DNA of 64,000 nucleotides from Eledone cirrhosa (lineage: Eukaryota), in the NCBI GenBank assembly GCA_964016885.1, contig OZ024741.1:178374001-178438000 (forward strand), written 5' to 3'. Position numbers and translations under genes: made by a program. Within the stretch, counting starts at the first letter, position 1; each line of letters starts with the position of its first letter. The notes below the pieces were generated by a model. It ran no database searches. It worked only from the letters and a program-made list of their open reading frames with translations, and had not been told where the DNA came from. Shown here in pieces: positions 27,582-42,800 of the stretch.

Positions 27582-27811
27582 GTATATACACAAATAAAAT
27601 ACAGAGTTACTAACTCATATTGATACCCTGCAATTAACAAGCTCAAAGTATAAATCCGGAGCATTATATAATAATATATGTAGAAATAAACACAGTAAAT
27701 TGTGTGTCTAAAATTACGAGGGTAGAAATACCAAATTGGTTTGAAAGATTTAACCTGAAGCATACGTAAGATGTGTAATAAATTTATATAGACCGTATCA
27801 ATGACTATTTC

Positions 27812-27899
27812 ATCTCTCGGAAAGATAACAGATTTAATTTGTTTCGCCTGAAAATTGTGTTTGTAACAGATAATCCGTAGGCTTTCCTCAGCGAGAGAT
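27812..27899 (-). ncRNA. Degenerate type I hammerhead within a fold-back element (27590-28063)
   Basis: Minus strand: ATCTCTCG CTGAGGA AA GCCT...AGGC GAAA ...TTC CGAGAGAT (8-bp stem I); stem III eroded; inverted partial copy 27977-28063. Confidence 0.55.
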
Positions 27900-28260
27900 A
27901 AGATCAAATGGAACTTGTAACTACAATCGACACCACTTCTAACGTCCAACGCACGAGGTGAGATATGCATTCGTATCGATTGTAGTTACATGTGTTTGTT
28001 CCATTTCATCTTATCTCTCGCTGAGGAAAGCCTACGGATTATCTGTTACAAACACATTTTTCACATTTTATGGATGGTATTTTGTTAGGTTTCCTCGACT
28101 CCTATACTGGCAATAAAAAATTGTGTTATGCCTTGAGTTTAACATATCTTTTCCATTCATAATCTTCGATATTTCTTAGAAGCAAAGTTCGCAATCAAGA
28201 TTTTCTCTCGATACGGCCTGGCATACCTTAGAATCTTCTATGATAACTCATACACTACAT

Positions 28261-28453
28261 CAGGCATGTCAAACTAAGGGTCCCCCGAGGGCCACATGGG
28301 TCACATATGTGTTGTCTGAGGGCCACACACGACAACTAATTGCACACATTAAAACTAATTATACGAAGATAAAACATGCTCGCGCAGTAAAAGCCTTTGT
28401 GCGAGCCGCCAGTGTCCTTGTAAAGGCCACATGCCGCATGTTTGACATGCCTA
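28261..28453. mobile_element. hAT-type MITE
   Basis: TIR AGGCATGTCAAAC/GTTTGACATGCCT; exact 8-bp TSD CACTACAT at 28253-28260 and 28454-28461. Confidence 0.9.
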
Positions 28454-30549
28454 CACTACATTATTTGGTTTCACATCCCAGATTTTTCTTTCGTTTTCGC
28501 AAGTCCGCGTTATTGAACAAATAGATCTATAGATATCGTCTTTTTTTTTTAAAGTTATAGGTGGCTCCTACGTATTCATAAGTTCTCAAATTCGTTTTAA
28601 TATTACATTGGTAAACGATATTTTAAAACATACTTTCACTTTACGAGGGCACATATTGTGCTATCTACAATTACACTTTCTCTGTGTATGTTAATTGTGG
28701 GAGGAGGGTCCCATCGGGTATCTGAGGCGGTAATGAAGTTGTAAGTTGGTTGAGTAAGATTAACTTGTTTGTTTATCAAGTTAGCCTTTTGGATATGTGT
28801 GCATTTGTTTAGTTTGATAGGTTAAGTACGGATTTGGTTAATTCAATTTATACAGATCCTATTTACCCGCCCAGGTACAGATAAGTTACTTTTGGTATAA
28901 GCACTGAGACGACTATGATTCAGTCCTGTTATAAAGTGTCCTTGGTTTTCTGTAGTTAAGTAGGAAAGTTGTATGCTATGTCTATTCGGGATCCTATGGT
29001 ATGTATGGGTGGAAGGTAATTCTTGTAAATTAACCCAAAGAAAATATTTGATTTCATAGTACTAATCTGATTATTATGTGAACGAGTTTACCATAGGTAG
29101 GACTTACAGAGGGATTTTTGTTGTAGGAACGTAGAGAATTTACTTCAAATTATTAGTGGGTTCATCAGTTAGGGGGTTTAAACAGTTACTCGCATGGTCC
29201 GCCTTTGTTCGCTGCTTGCGTTTGTATCTGGAATGTGCGTGAAGAGTTCATTATGCATTTAATGGGTTTCCGAGTTAAGTAAGTACGTGGACTATTATAA
29301 TATGACACTCCGGAAGATTTGCCGTGTTACAATAATCCGCGTACGCATTAAATGAGGTTTCGGAAGCGGATTACATAGAGATCCTTAGATAGACATTATT
29401 TCCGATGTAGTTGATGATGGATCATGGTTGGCTAGAGTGTATGCTAATATATGTAATGTGTTTATCATTTTTATGGAAGGGTTTGAAAATTGTCATGTTT
29501 TACCTCCTTTCCGAACCCTCATAGGGTCTCGGCGTACGCAATCTTTGTGTGTCTATCCCATGCATTCCCGAACAGGTCACAGTGACATCGCCAGGTTTTA
29601 CAGCATGAAATGGAGACTACACTATATTGTTTGAAAAGATCCCTCTACCCGAGGCTTAAACGCGTCCCTTGTTAACCCACGCGAAGTATGATGCGACATG
29701 ATTCTTTTTGTTATCTCTTGCCATATTGCAGTTATGATAGTCTTATTCACACCAATCAGCAATAAGCTGCTTTCTCTGACGCTTGCTCTTTAAAATGCCT
29801 TTCTTTCAACTTATTCATTCCACGTCAGACAAAATCTCTCTATTCATCACCTCCCTCGGTTTATTCCGCGAGGCCAGGCCATGGAATAGCCAGTCGCCCC
29901 TAAGGTGGTTTCTAACTAAATTTCTAACTACATTTCATCTGTTGAACTGTATTTTGAAATAGAATCAGTAGCTAGTTTTCTACTTTAATGCGAGCATCTT
30001 CGAGTAACCATCAAATGATCTGTGAAAACATTATCTCTGCTTCATAGCGAAAACAATACCCCTGCTAACGGCATGTTTGCACGGAATAATAAAGTCACAT
30101 TGAAGGAATACGTAAGATGATCTTTAAAACCCGGACTATTTAAATAGTTACAGTAACAGGGATTGAAAATATTACTATTTTCTATTTTTTTTTTCTTTTA
30201 TTCTTTTCCGAATTAAGAAACCCCAATGTGCCCAAAACCACCCTCCTTTAGATGCAGATGTCAAGAATCACAACCGTCTTTCGCTAGGCTTCACCGATTC
30301 GGATCCTTTCGGCATATATACACACATATGATACATATATACATACATACATACATATACAGTCAACGCGATGAGTCGCATATTTTGGCGTGCGAGACTA
30401 TTTATTAAATTTAAGATGAATACTATCTCCGACAGTAATGCCACAACTACAGTCAGGTTGAATAACTGGTTATTCTTCTAACTATATCTTCTAAAGACAC
30501 CTTTTATTCGAATACATAATTCATTTTACAAGGATTTGCTACAAACAGC

Positions 30550-33500
30550 ATGGCTGAACACAACATCAACAACAAAATTAAGGAAGTACCGAAGACAAAT
30601 AACAAGGAAGGTAATCAAACTTTATTCAGTTGTAGCTACAGAAGAAACCGAAATTATAAATCGCATTTCTCTTGGAGTTGCGAACTTAATAATGATTTAT
30701 TTAATTGTTATAAAATGGCAGAAAACAATCCCTCCATTGGCTATATGAATAGAATGAAGCTACACTGGGACGAAATGCACCCAGAGCTAAATTATTTCAC
30801 AGCGAAACAATTACGCCAACAAGCGATGTTTGTTGAACGTAAAAATAAGATAAATATTATTCATTGTGAGTCCCCCACCACAAACATCTTATCAACAACA
30901 CGTGCTACAGGTCGCCATGCTACTAGACTTCCTAGCAGCCAGGTCGAACAGTGCCTTGAAACAACTATGCCTGTAAGAAATTTGACACCACCTGTACCAT
31001 ATAAGTCTACCTCGAATGCTACCTCGATAATAATAATAATCGAAGAAAATATAATAATAACCGGAGAAATTTGACACCACGTGTACCATCCGAGTCTACC
31101 TCGACTGTTGTGGAAAATACTATCGATAATGATAATAATCAAAAGTATAAACAATTGAAAATTTCCCTCAACGAAATCTTCCAGAGAGAAATTAACACAT
31201 GTATAAATATCTCTCTTGCTGAACGTATTACAACGACAATGTTTAATAAAAAACCAAATAATGAAATATTACGTGTTATTGACGAAATAGGGGATGAATA
31301 TTTACGACGGATAAAAACCCCAACATTTTGGCAAATCAACTCCTGTTTATATGCCCTATCAACGACAGTGAAGCATTATCTTGGTGATAGAAGAGATATT
31401 AACAAGAACAGACCACCAAAAATACCATCATATATAACTAAAATTGAAAAAAAGGTTGCTGACCTATGAAAAAACATAGGATATGTGACAATGCTCCTTA
31501 CATGCAAACAAACACAAACAATCTCACTCCTCACCAACAAAGAGTGAAAAATAAAATAGATACGAAGTTTGGTAACAGTAGAACCAGAACTCTCCAATAT
31601 AAGCTGATCACCCTCAAACAAGAATTGAGAGCTGTTAGCGAAAAACGCCGATACCCGAAGAAGGTAGATGAGAGAAAAGTGTGTAATAAAAGATTCAGAC
31701 GAAACCAAACATCAGTCTATAGGGATATGAAGGGCAAAATAATAAGTGTCACTGAAGCCCCATCCCAGAAAGGCATAGATTCCTTTTGGAGCATAATATG
31801 GGGTGAAAAGAAGAATTTCAATCAAGATGCAGTGTGGCTAAGAGAAATACGAAAGAACTATTGCTCCTATACTACAACAAAAATATACGAAATAAGTGAG
31901 GGTACCCTTGAGACTATGATAGGAAAACTCCAAGATAAGAAAACACCAGGAAGAGACATGATTGTCGGCTACAGGTACAAAAAACTGATATTCTATCGGA
32001 GGTATCTTACTGACCTCTACCAACAAGTTCTTAAGGGAGATACACGTATACCAGAATAGTTGACATTAGCACAAACATTACTGGTCTCCAAGAACAAAGA
32101 CACCAACTTGGCAAAAAACTACCGACCCATTGCATGCCAGAACCTGATGTATAAGATGTATACAGCCTGCCTGAACCTGTTCCTCCAAGATCACTGTGAA
32201 AATAATAACATCATCACAGATGAACAACCAGCTGGAAAGAAAGGGATTTCGGGATGTGCTGAACAACTCCTAATCAACAAAATTGCGATGTCGGAGGTGT
32301 GACAACTTAGGAGGAATATGACTACAGTCTGGCTGGACTACAGGAAAGCTTTTGATTCTGTTCCCCATTCTTGTATGATAGAGGCCCTCCAACTTGCTAA
32401 AATCCCAGACATTATTTTCAGAGCCATAGAGAGTCTGTCTTCTTCTTGAGCTACTATCCTAAGGTTAAAAATAGAGAGGGAGGACTCTATTTTCACTGAT
32501 AAAATAAAATATTGCAGGGGACACTCTCTCTGTGATATTATTCATATTGTCATTAAACCCCTTGTCATTTCTGCTCAAGAAATGTGAGGGATACATCATT
32601 GGCTCACAGGAGGACAGAAATACGAACCTAACCCATAATTTCTTTGTGGACGATCTGAACATGGATGGGATGAAGAAAAATCTTGACCTGGTTACAACGT
32701 TCCCAAAGGATATAGGAATGGAGTTTGGCCAAGATAAATGCTCATACATGACTGTAAAGCGGGAAAAAACAAAAACCCACTCTAGCAACATTGTCATCAA
32801 TGGCCTAACTGTTTCACCGATATCTGATGAGGACTGCTACAGATACCTGGGGATAGATGAGAACATATCGTATAATGGTATCTGTAATAAAGAACGCGTA
32901 ACCAGGGAATACTACGCCCGATTAAGAAAGATCTGGTCATCGGAAATCTCGGCGCAAAACAAAACAGTGGCTCACAATGTGTTTGCTGTGCCTGTCCGAA
33001 CACCAACGTTTGGAATACTCAATTGGTCGATATACGAAATCCGAGAAGTTGATGTTGGAACTCGAAAAATACTGTACAACACCGGAAACTTCCACATCAA
33101 CAGTGACATAGACCGCCTTTACTTGAAACGTAAGCAGGGAGGCAGAGGCCTAACATCGGTCCAGACAACATTTTAATGTCGCATCATATCTCTCCGACAA
33201 CATCTACGAACCTCGAAGCGCAGGAGCCCGTTTCTCGAGCAAGTCTATCTACATGAAACAGAGAAGATCATGAGAGTTGGGAAGGAACTCCTCGAGAGAT
33301 ATTCCCTGTGTGATAATCAAAAGCTCACACCCAGGAATGTCCCTCAGCAGTATCGCAGTGAATCCATGGAGGAAAAACCGCATGCCTATCAGCAAAAAAT
33401 CATGCATGGATATGTTGCCAGGAAGCTCCAAAGTGAGAGTAATATAGATAAGGAAAGTAGTCTATCTTTGACCAACAACCGCTATATTGGCTCCCACTTT

Positions 33501-33575
33501 GAAGGATACGCTTTTGCAATCCAGGAACAGGAGATTAACATGAATTTTTTTGAAAATCAGGAAAGACTGCACTGA
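30550..33575 (+). pseudogene. Decayed R4/Dong-like non-LTR retrotransposon, reverse transcriptase
   Basis: NYRPIAC, WLDYRKAFDSVPH, FILSLNPLS, HNFFVDDL, YRYLGI, RLYLKRKQGGRGL, MHG, FAIQEQEI; multiple stops/frameshifts; truncated before zinc knuckle/RLE. Confidence 0.85.
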
Positions 33576-34619
33576 GCCAATCCCCCTCTCTGCTATAACC
33601 TGAAAAGAAGAAAATATCAATATCATTTGTAACTACCGAGCCGCAGGTTTTAACTCTGAGTTATCCCAGTTTCCTGAGTTGCTTTCTCCTCGAAGAATGC
33701 CCTGACAGTGATTTAACCACGTGATCGGGTATCCAGCCCGATTATTTCTATGTCCCCGCACATAGATATGTATATATATATATATGTATACATATGTATA
33801 TACATATGTGTATACATTGTTACACATATGTATACACATATACATTATGTGTATACATAATTACACATATTTGGACCATTGTCTCTTATGAGTTCTTCCA
33901 CCCTTTCTCAGGTTTTGTTTTTCGTCCTGCAGGGTGTCCAAAATCACCCTCCTCACCAATTAAACTTGGGTTGCCGGTTTTGATGCCGACGACCCGACCA
34001 TGTGACAAGTTGTACTGGGTTACATGTTACCAGTAGCACTAAAGTGTGACCCGCCATACATACATACATACACTTTCAAACATATAATAAATATATGTCT
34101 GACTGTATGTTTGTGTATATATGCACGCAATTCATAGAATTCTCGGTCATTCTGTGCTATTATTATTGCTTTGTTACACATGGAGCTAAAGCACGGACGT
34201 TGTAGAGTACTAATAAAATCTCATGCCTACATACATACAATTCATTTTCATTTTGCCGCTTGACATATTGAATTGACAGAGGCTTGTCATACCTTTACTG
34301 AACCATGACTGACAGCTTAACGTTTGATACAATTATTCCTTTTTTAGTCACATGAACGCTAATGCATGAATATGGTAGAGGATGGAAAGTGTTCTATACT
34401 TAATCATGTGATCATTTATCAAGCAATCAAATTGCATCATACATATAGCAATTTGAACCATGTTATCTCCATAATACGAGAGAACTATCTAACTCCTGTC
34501 AGAGTTGAGATAGTTACAGTATAGCTTCAGGTCTTTCCATATCACTTAACTTTGAAAACAGGTTAAATTATTTTTAATAAATCTTAAAATCTCCAAGAAC
34601 ATTTTCAATTTCTTTTCAT

Positions 34620-34721
<102 letters not shown>

Positions 34722-35163
34722 CGTGTGTGTGTGTGTGTGTGCGTGTGTGTGTGTGTATGGTGTGTGCGTTGGTGTGTGGGTTTGTATGCATGTATGTTTA
34801 TATATGTATATGTGTGTGTATGTATATACGTAAGTGTCTGTCTGTGTATATATGACTTGCTGAGGCATATTAGGATCTCATTGAGTATTACCATTCAACT
34901 CACATAATATTATATTTTTATCTACGAGAAAATTGATTTTATGTCAAGTAAATTCGAGGATGGTAAACATCGGATACTAGTGTTTAAGAAACGGAACGGC
35001 CTGGGTGTTGAAGACAATGAATTAAAAACAATGAGACATGTCATATATCGCAGTAAGAATATTCCAACCAAGTGTGAATATTGGAGTTTGTTGAAGTCAA
35101 TCATTGATTTTGTCTAATGAAGATTAAGTGAATCTACTTTGGTGTACACAACAGTATATATAT

Positions 35164-35234
<71 letters not shown>

Positions 35235-37224
35235 TAGATATATATATATATAGAGAGAGAGAGATAGGAATAGAGAAAGAGAGAGATGATATTGTACTTG
35301 TCATTTTTTATTTCCTTATTTAATCTAGTCCTTTCTTCCATGTCACCAGCCTGTCAATTACAGTTGCATCATAGTAAACTCGTATATGATTTAAGTAGTC
35401 AAACTTGTGAAGGAAGTTGAATGTATTAACATTTATATAATACAAAAGTAGTATTCGAGGGACTACTTGACTCTATATCGTAAAGTACGTTTAAATATAC
35501 TAATATTTTCGCCTATGCGTTTTAATACAATCATGAGTTTACTTGATAATAACAACAATTTAAAGTATATTTTGAAAAATGAGAATTTTCTCTATTGCTT
35601 AGACATGGATCAATTCTAAATGAGTATAATTCTGATCAAGCTCATTCTAGTCGTGATCATTATGTTTGTATTTATTTTAATGTATATTAAGGACTAAGAC
35701 TGATGAATTAGCCGAATTATTACAGCATCAGGAAAAATTCTTTAAGGCGTTTTTTCATTACAATTCACATTTCATCATTCCCTGATTGATCAAATAAGAT
35801 ACTATTCAATTACTGTACTTCTTGTAACAGACTTCTCTCTCTCTCTCTTCCAAGTTTGCTGGGCTTATGACTAATTTATCAGGGACTATACCAGCCAATG
35901 TGTCCTGTTTTTAAGATTACAAGATTTAATTTTGAAGGAGACCTTGCTGCTCTATCTACAAGGCGTATTTTCATATAGCTACATATTTTCATAATCAGAC
36001 TGTTGCTGCAAAGAATATAGATAGTTGTACATAATATGCACATTTCTCATCTATCCATCTAAAATATTACATGCTTTCCCTTAACAAATATTACATCAAC
36101 TTAGTTGCTCTGCTTTCTTTACTCTATCAATATTTTATTAATGCTTTCAACGGAAACATCTCAATACTTTTGCTATCATGTTGTATTTATCCATTAGGTC
36201 AGTTTAGTCCCACTCTCCTCAACATCAATATATTAACTTTTGTTGTTTTACTGCTATATTCTACAGTAGAATACATCTGTAGATTTAAGCGAACCTTGTA
36301 TGTTAATAGACACATGTAAAACATTGTTTTTCTTCATTCTAAATATCTTCGTGAACCCAAAAGAGGAATCGACTATTTCAATCCTGTGCTTGTGATTGCA
36401 CCACTGACTAAGTACTGACTTCAACTGCATCACGCAATACTGTCTATTACATCAGGCGTTGGCGGTTAAAATGTATAGATACATTATGTAATACCGTAAA
36501 GCGTAGGCGGTGAATGGCTAGAGTAGTTAGAACCTCATATAGATTGCTTTGCGGTATTCGTTCCAGAAATATGCGTTCTGAATTCAAACCCCACCAAGTT
36601 CAACATTGCCTTTCATGCTGTCGATGTTAATAATCAAATTTGCAGCGCAGTACTGAGGACGATTCCTTCTCTATATCTCTTCTCATTTCCTCTTTATCAC
36701 TCCCTCTTTTCATAAACAGAAGGCATTGCTGACACACCAATTTCTATTAAACCAAACACATTTTAAGTGTTTTTGAATTACGTAAATCAATCTATGTTAT
36801 TTACTTACGTCATCTCTAACACCGTCGCGTTATAGAGAGTCTCGCTTGAAAGTCAAATAAGGCATTCAGTTGTTGAAGACATCCTAACGCCCACCTTTCT
36901 ATCCATGAGGATACTGTATATATAGACAAGTTGTTTCTATGTGTATATTACAACATCGTAGAATATTTACAGCACAGTATTAAAACAAAAGACAGTTCCC
37001 TCATTCGTAATGTAACACTCACCAAGAATTTACTGAATTATTCAAACTAAATCAATCCAATTTATGTATGCCATTATTAATAGTTGAGTTATCAAAGCGC
37101 CTCCGTGGACATTTAAATTAGGTATTCGGCTGTTGATGAAGTGTAATCCGCTAATCAATATTTTCCTGTCCACATAAACGCATATATACACAGGGTACAC
37201 ACACATACACATTATACATATATA

Positions 37225-37272
<48 letters not shown>

Positions 37273-37350
37273 CACACACAGACATACACACATTATACAT
37301 ATATATATATATATATATATAATGTGTGTGTGTGTGTGTGTATGAATACC

Positions 37351-37397
<47 letters not shown>

Positions 37398-38864
37398 TGG
37401 CTGAAATATATAGTACAGTACAGCTTTTCTAGATGGTATTTCTTAAGAATTGTTTGCTGTATTGATACCAGTTTGACAGGATGTCTTATAGAAAGGAAAT
37501 ATCTCATTGAAATCTTGATATATCATTATATAGATATATGTGGTATACTTCACGCTTTCTATGTCACTATCAAATGCTGACTTTTTTTCTCAACATTGTT
37601 CGTGATTAAGTAGCTTCTAAATCCCGTTTATCTATCAGATATATTTGATGTCTAGCTCCTGGTTAGGCAAAAGCCAGTGAGATGGATTCAAAAGGAAACT
37701 AGTAGAAAAGTGGTTTCATATATTTTTCTTCGAATCATTAATCTACAACTATTGGTTGTAAATAATCTTGGAAAGTTTGTAAAGAATTTACAGAGTTAGA
37801 GTTGACTAAATATCTGAGTTTTGCTTAAGAGGAAGCCTCTACTGAATATTACCAATGAACTATTTTACGAAGTTTACTTTTATTTCCATTTAATGTTTAG
37901 TAAGTATTCTGCATTGAAACATAACTAGAGGCCATTCCCCTTCCTCTTTCGGCCCCATTATTGCTATTGACTAAGTATTTATGATCATACGCAATATTAT
38001 TTCTATATACTTCCGTCAATGGTGTCATATCTTTGTATTATTCTCTAGAAAGTTTCTAATGGTTCGAACAATACTGATACATGTTCATAATGGACAATTG
38101 ATTTATTACGTTAAGATTATTTTATACTTTACTGTGTTGCAACATACTCAAGTTGTTGGTGTTAGTTGTTTGAAACTGAACCATACAAAATGAATTCATG
38201 CCGCACTTTGTGTCCATTGAGAGACAATTTGTTGAAATGATTTGTTTATTTTGTTTCACTTTTTTGTATTTCTATAATCAAATAGTAACATTTATCTTGG
38301 CCAAATTCCATTTCTTAGCCTTGTGAGAATATAGTAACAAGATCAAGATTTTGTTCATTTATTTATTTTTTTCCCAAGACTGCTTCCAAAGTAATATATG
38401 TTTAACAAATATATATAGTGCTGCCAGCATCTTTTGACACTCGATACGATAATAAATTATTAGGAAATTATTGATACCAATGTAATTGGAAATGCTGTCT
38501 GTTTGAAACCATCTTTTAAATTATTATGAAATACCATGTTTTGTTTATTAATATAAAATAATACTTTAAATATCATGTAAAATTGTGTATGGTTTCTCTG
38601 ACAATTCTACTACAGTTCATTTGTTTTAAAATATCAATATAATTTTGTAGATCTTATAGTACTCTTTTTATTTCCATTATGGATTTTAATCATTAGACTT
38701 CGAACGTGCTAGGCTACTGTTTGGAAAGGGTTCGCTCGATCATGTTGACTGTGTACCATTTCAAATCTAGTAGTTATTATATCGATTTTGTGAAAACACC
38801 AAGGTATATGGTATAAGCAAGAAATCCTTAAATGCGCTACCCAATTATACATAAGTTAAAATAT

Positions 38865-39848
38865 ATATAAGTTAAAACAATAAAATAAAAAATCAAGTCA
38901 TTAGAGATATACTTCACTGCTTTACGATCGTTTCTAGATGATGATAATACATTGTAGCTATACATCGTTATTGATCTATGTAAGGTTAGTTACAAAATAT
39001 CAGATAAAGAGAATATTTACTTACATGCATATCACTAGCTGTTTTCAAAAAGCAATAATAATTTTATTCAGAATTAGTAGTATGTTAGTATCTTGTCCTT
39101 ATTTGGAGGTATTTGAAGAACTAACCAATCAAATTATTTTTTTCATATGATGTTAAGATGAAAAGTAATTCACTTAAGTTGAGATCATGACACTTTGAAA
39201 TGAATGGTTGAATGGTGTTAATAGTAGAATTGCCATAAACAATCTATTAGGAGGAAAGGGATTGTCAAATTGATAGTTGAATGTATCTGGTATAGTGAAG
39301 TTTAAAAGGAATGTAAAAATAAATGGTGATTAGTGTTGTATTGAGTTTTTAGGTGAATATAAATTAAGGTCATAGCTAGGAAAGATATTATATTAAAAGA
39401 TGAAAATTATAATAAGATAATGAAATACAGTAATGCAATAATATAAACATACATGATAGTATTTTAGAGAGTATCATACGCTGTATTATACTAAGTGCAA
39501 TTTACCACACTGTACTATATTGTGTTGGTTATATTATATTATTGCATTACTTTTCATCTTATCATCATATGAAAAAAATAATTTGATTGGTTAGTTCTTC
39601 AACTACCTCCAAATAAGGACAAGATACTAACATACTACTAATTTTCAATAAAATTATTATTGCTTTTGAAAACAACTGGTGATAAGCATGTAAGTAAATA
39701 TTCTCTTTATCTGATATTTTGTAACTAACCTTACATAGATCAATAACGAAGTATAGCTACAATGTATTGACATCATCTAGAAACGATCGTAAAGCAGTGA
39801 AGTATATCTCTAATGACTTGATTTTTTATTTCATTGTTTAACTTATAT
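38865..39848. mobile_element. Inverted repeat, ~300-bp arms (38865-39169/39547-39848), ~380-bp spacer
   Basis: Arms are reverse complements with scattered substitutions; contain an eroded hammerhead-like motif (39661-39796). Confidence 0.85.
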
Positions 39849-42800
39849 CATGACTCTGTTTTCATTTTAATGTTTTATTGTTTTCCGGGATTTATCTTAA
39901 CCTACTACATTTTCAACATATGGATTAAATTGAGTTCTTCATGCAAAATAGACCCCACAACTTACCGTGGATATCTCTGTCTATATATATATATATAATA
40001 TATACATATATACATATATACATATATACATATATACATATATACATATATACATAGTTTCCGTCTAGTACATCTTATTGACAAAATATTCCTAAAGCCG
40101 AGCCTATAGCGTATGACAAATGCCCAAGGTGCCATTTAGAACGACTGAATCTTAAACGACGTCGTTATAAAACGAGCTCCGTAATCATGAAGTTTTATTC
40201 AATTATTACCAAATGCATGTATCTACCTTTACCAGAATAATGCATAACATTGACTAGTTAAGTAATGTCGATTATCGCCCTGCTTATTTCCTCAGTCTCT
40301 TGTATCTAAGTGTTCTGTATTAGAATTATTTGAAATAAATACAGTTTAACATTTCAATCTAACATTTGATAGGAATGTAGTTATTGGTGACACGAATGGT
40401 ATCGACTAGGAAGTTAGTCTTTACTAGCTAAATCAATGTATTGATGTCTGCAGTTTCTATCTGACACACTGTCAAGTGTTTTATCAAAGACGTATTATCA
40501 TTGTTCGCACCTAACCACAGTATTTCTTCTGGTAGACTTTTGATTTTACTAGTTTCCGATTAAAATTGATTGACGGTGATTTGTAGTAATTCTGACGAAT
40601 AGAGATACGCATAATATAGTTTCAATATCTGTGAAAGCTAGAGGGCTCAGATAGTAGAATCTATTTAGTTAAACTATGATAATAACGGAGATATTTATGG
40701 GGGAGGCAGTTGTTCATATCAGATAATTTTTGTGTGAAATTTGACGTTTAGCCAAGGGTTTTGTTTGTATAGAACGAAGGAAGTAAAATATTTACTGCAA
40801 TATCTCATATATGAAATAAATGTCAGAAATTCCATGTAGATAAAATATAGTTTTCGGAAAACATTAATGCAGTAACATTTATGAATAGTTAATACTAACA
40901 TTTAGCATTTTTTTTTCAGTGATAGTCGGGAATTTAATTTGAAAGATTAAACGTCACTTATATTTACAATACATCACATAATGGCATATTTAGATCACCT
41001 GAGGTGTATCCACCAGAGTAGAAAAAACAAAAACCGTGCTGATATTAAAGCCCTACACTCTTCTAACAAAAAGCCCCGTTGCTTCAAATATACTCATAGT
41101 AGAGCTTATCCAAAAGAAGACGTATCCTATCTCTTGACAGGAACTTATCAGTGGGTGACATCGCAATAGATTGCGAAATATAAAGAAACCTGTATGCTTT
41201 AGGTCAGTCAGAGTTTTTCTTACGGCTATGAACATGGAGACAAAAATCCAATATATATAATATACTATCAATACATTGGTGGTCACCAAGCAGATGATTG
41301 CATCCCCTGCAGTAAATCTGCTACGCAAAGAACAGTTTGTTCCGTTTTGAAAGACTTTAACTCTTTCGTTACCTTATTTCTAATAAATTTCATTACTTAT
41401 AATTTGAAATAATGGTGAAAATAATGAAGAATTTGGTCAAACTTATTACTATTAATTTTTTATTATTGAGCCGCTGTCTGGTCCATAATGTAATTGATAT
41501 TCTTAAAAAGAAACTACGGTGAAAGTTATTTAGATAAATGTATACGCTTTGAAAAAAATGTGTATCATAAAACTAAAGTCGGTTATTGCGGGGTTCATAG
41601 TAAATGGGTTAAACTAATCGTTCATTTCTTTCCATAGTTAGACGGGTAAATGTAGTTTAAATAGTGTCACTTTAACTTCAGCTTTAATGTATCTAGAGCA
41701 TATAAAATTAACAAGCCGTTTTCGATTTGAACATTCCAAACCTACTGTAACATATTACGTCACTAAACCTGATTAGAAATACCCGTCATTTCACTTAGAA
41801 ATATTTATCTGTAATTACTTTGTTCATATTTCTAAATACTTTTGGAATTATCTGCAGTTCCTAAGCGTTATTTTATTTTCTTCACACTTACACGTTGCCC
41901 ATATCTCAAGAAAATATAGATAGTGTTTCATCAGCTTATATATCTTTCTTTCCTTCATTTCAACTCACACGCGCAAGCGCACGAAGAGACAATTTCAATT
42001 ATACATTTCCTTTCTAGAATTATCTCCCAGAAAGTTGAGGTTTTATTATGATGTTTATTATAATCTTAGAAACAACTTCATATTTTCTTTAGCAATCTCC
42101 TATATTATTTCAGCAGCTGTTCAATCATCTAAGATTACTATATATTTTTTCAGGCGTGTGGTAAATTCTCTTTCTTCTTTTCAATGCGTAGTTCTTATAT
42201 TTTTAGATATTTTGCTTCATATGAAAGACGACAGTTTTCCTGGTTATTGCTTCTGTGTTTCAGCGCATAATTATGAGTATGGAACTTGTGATTCTGAAGG
42301 ATTTCATATTAGAATTAAAAAACTGAAATAGAGTTGCATATTTGAGTCTTTAAATATCTCATTGAACCATCTATTCTATTTAGGTTCCGAGATGCATTCC
42401 GTATATAATATCATTTGCAACTAATATAATTCTGAAAAGTATTCTGTTGGTGTGGTATCATTCTTGGTTGAAACCGCTATACGCACTAAAGCAGATAAGC
42501 AGACATGTTAAAAGAATAATAACAAATGCAGTGAATTTGAATTTTCTGTACGTAATTCGACTCATAGATGAATTGATTTGGTCACCTGATCTATATGTCG
42601 CTTACATAAATAGTATGTGGGCCTATGATATCAAGTACTTAGGGTTCAGATTCAGAGGAAGAAGACCTCGTCGTTTGTTTGACAGAATCGTAGGCAAGCT
42701 CCTAACCCAGAATGTGAACCTGTTACAGGCCTCATGCTGTGTTGTTGATAGCCAACTTCACATTCCCGTGATGCCTCAGAAAGAATCCATATATCTGAAA

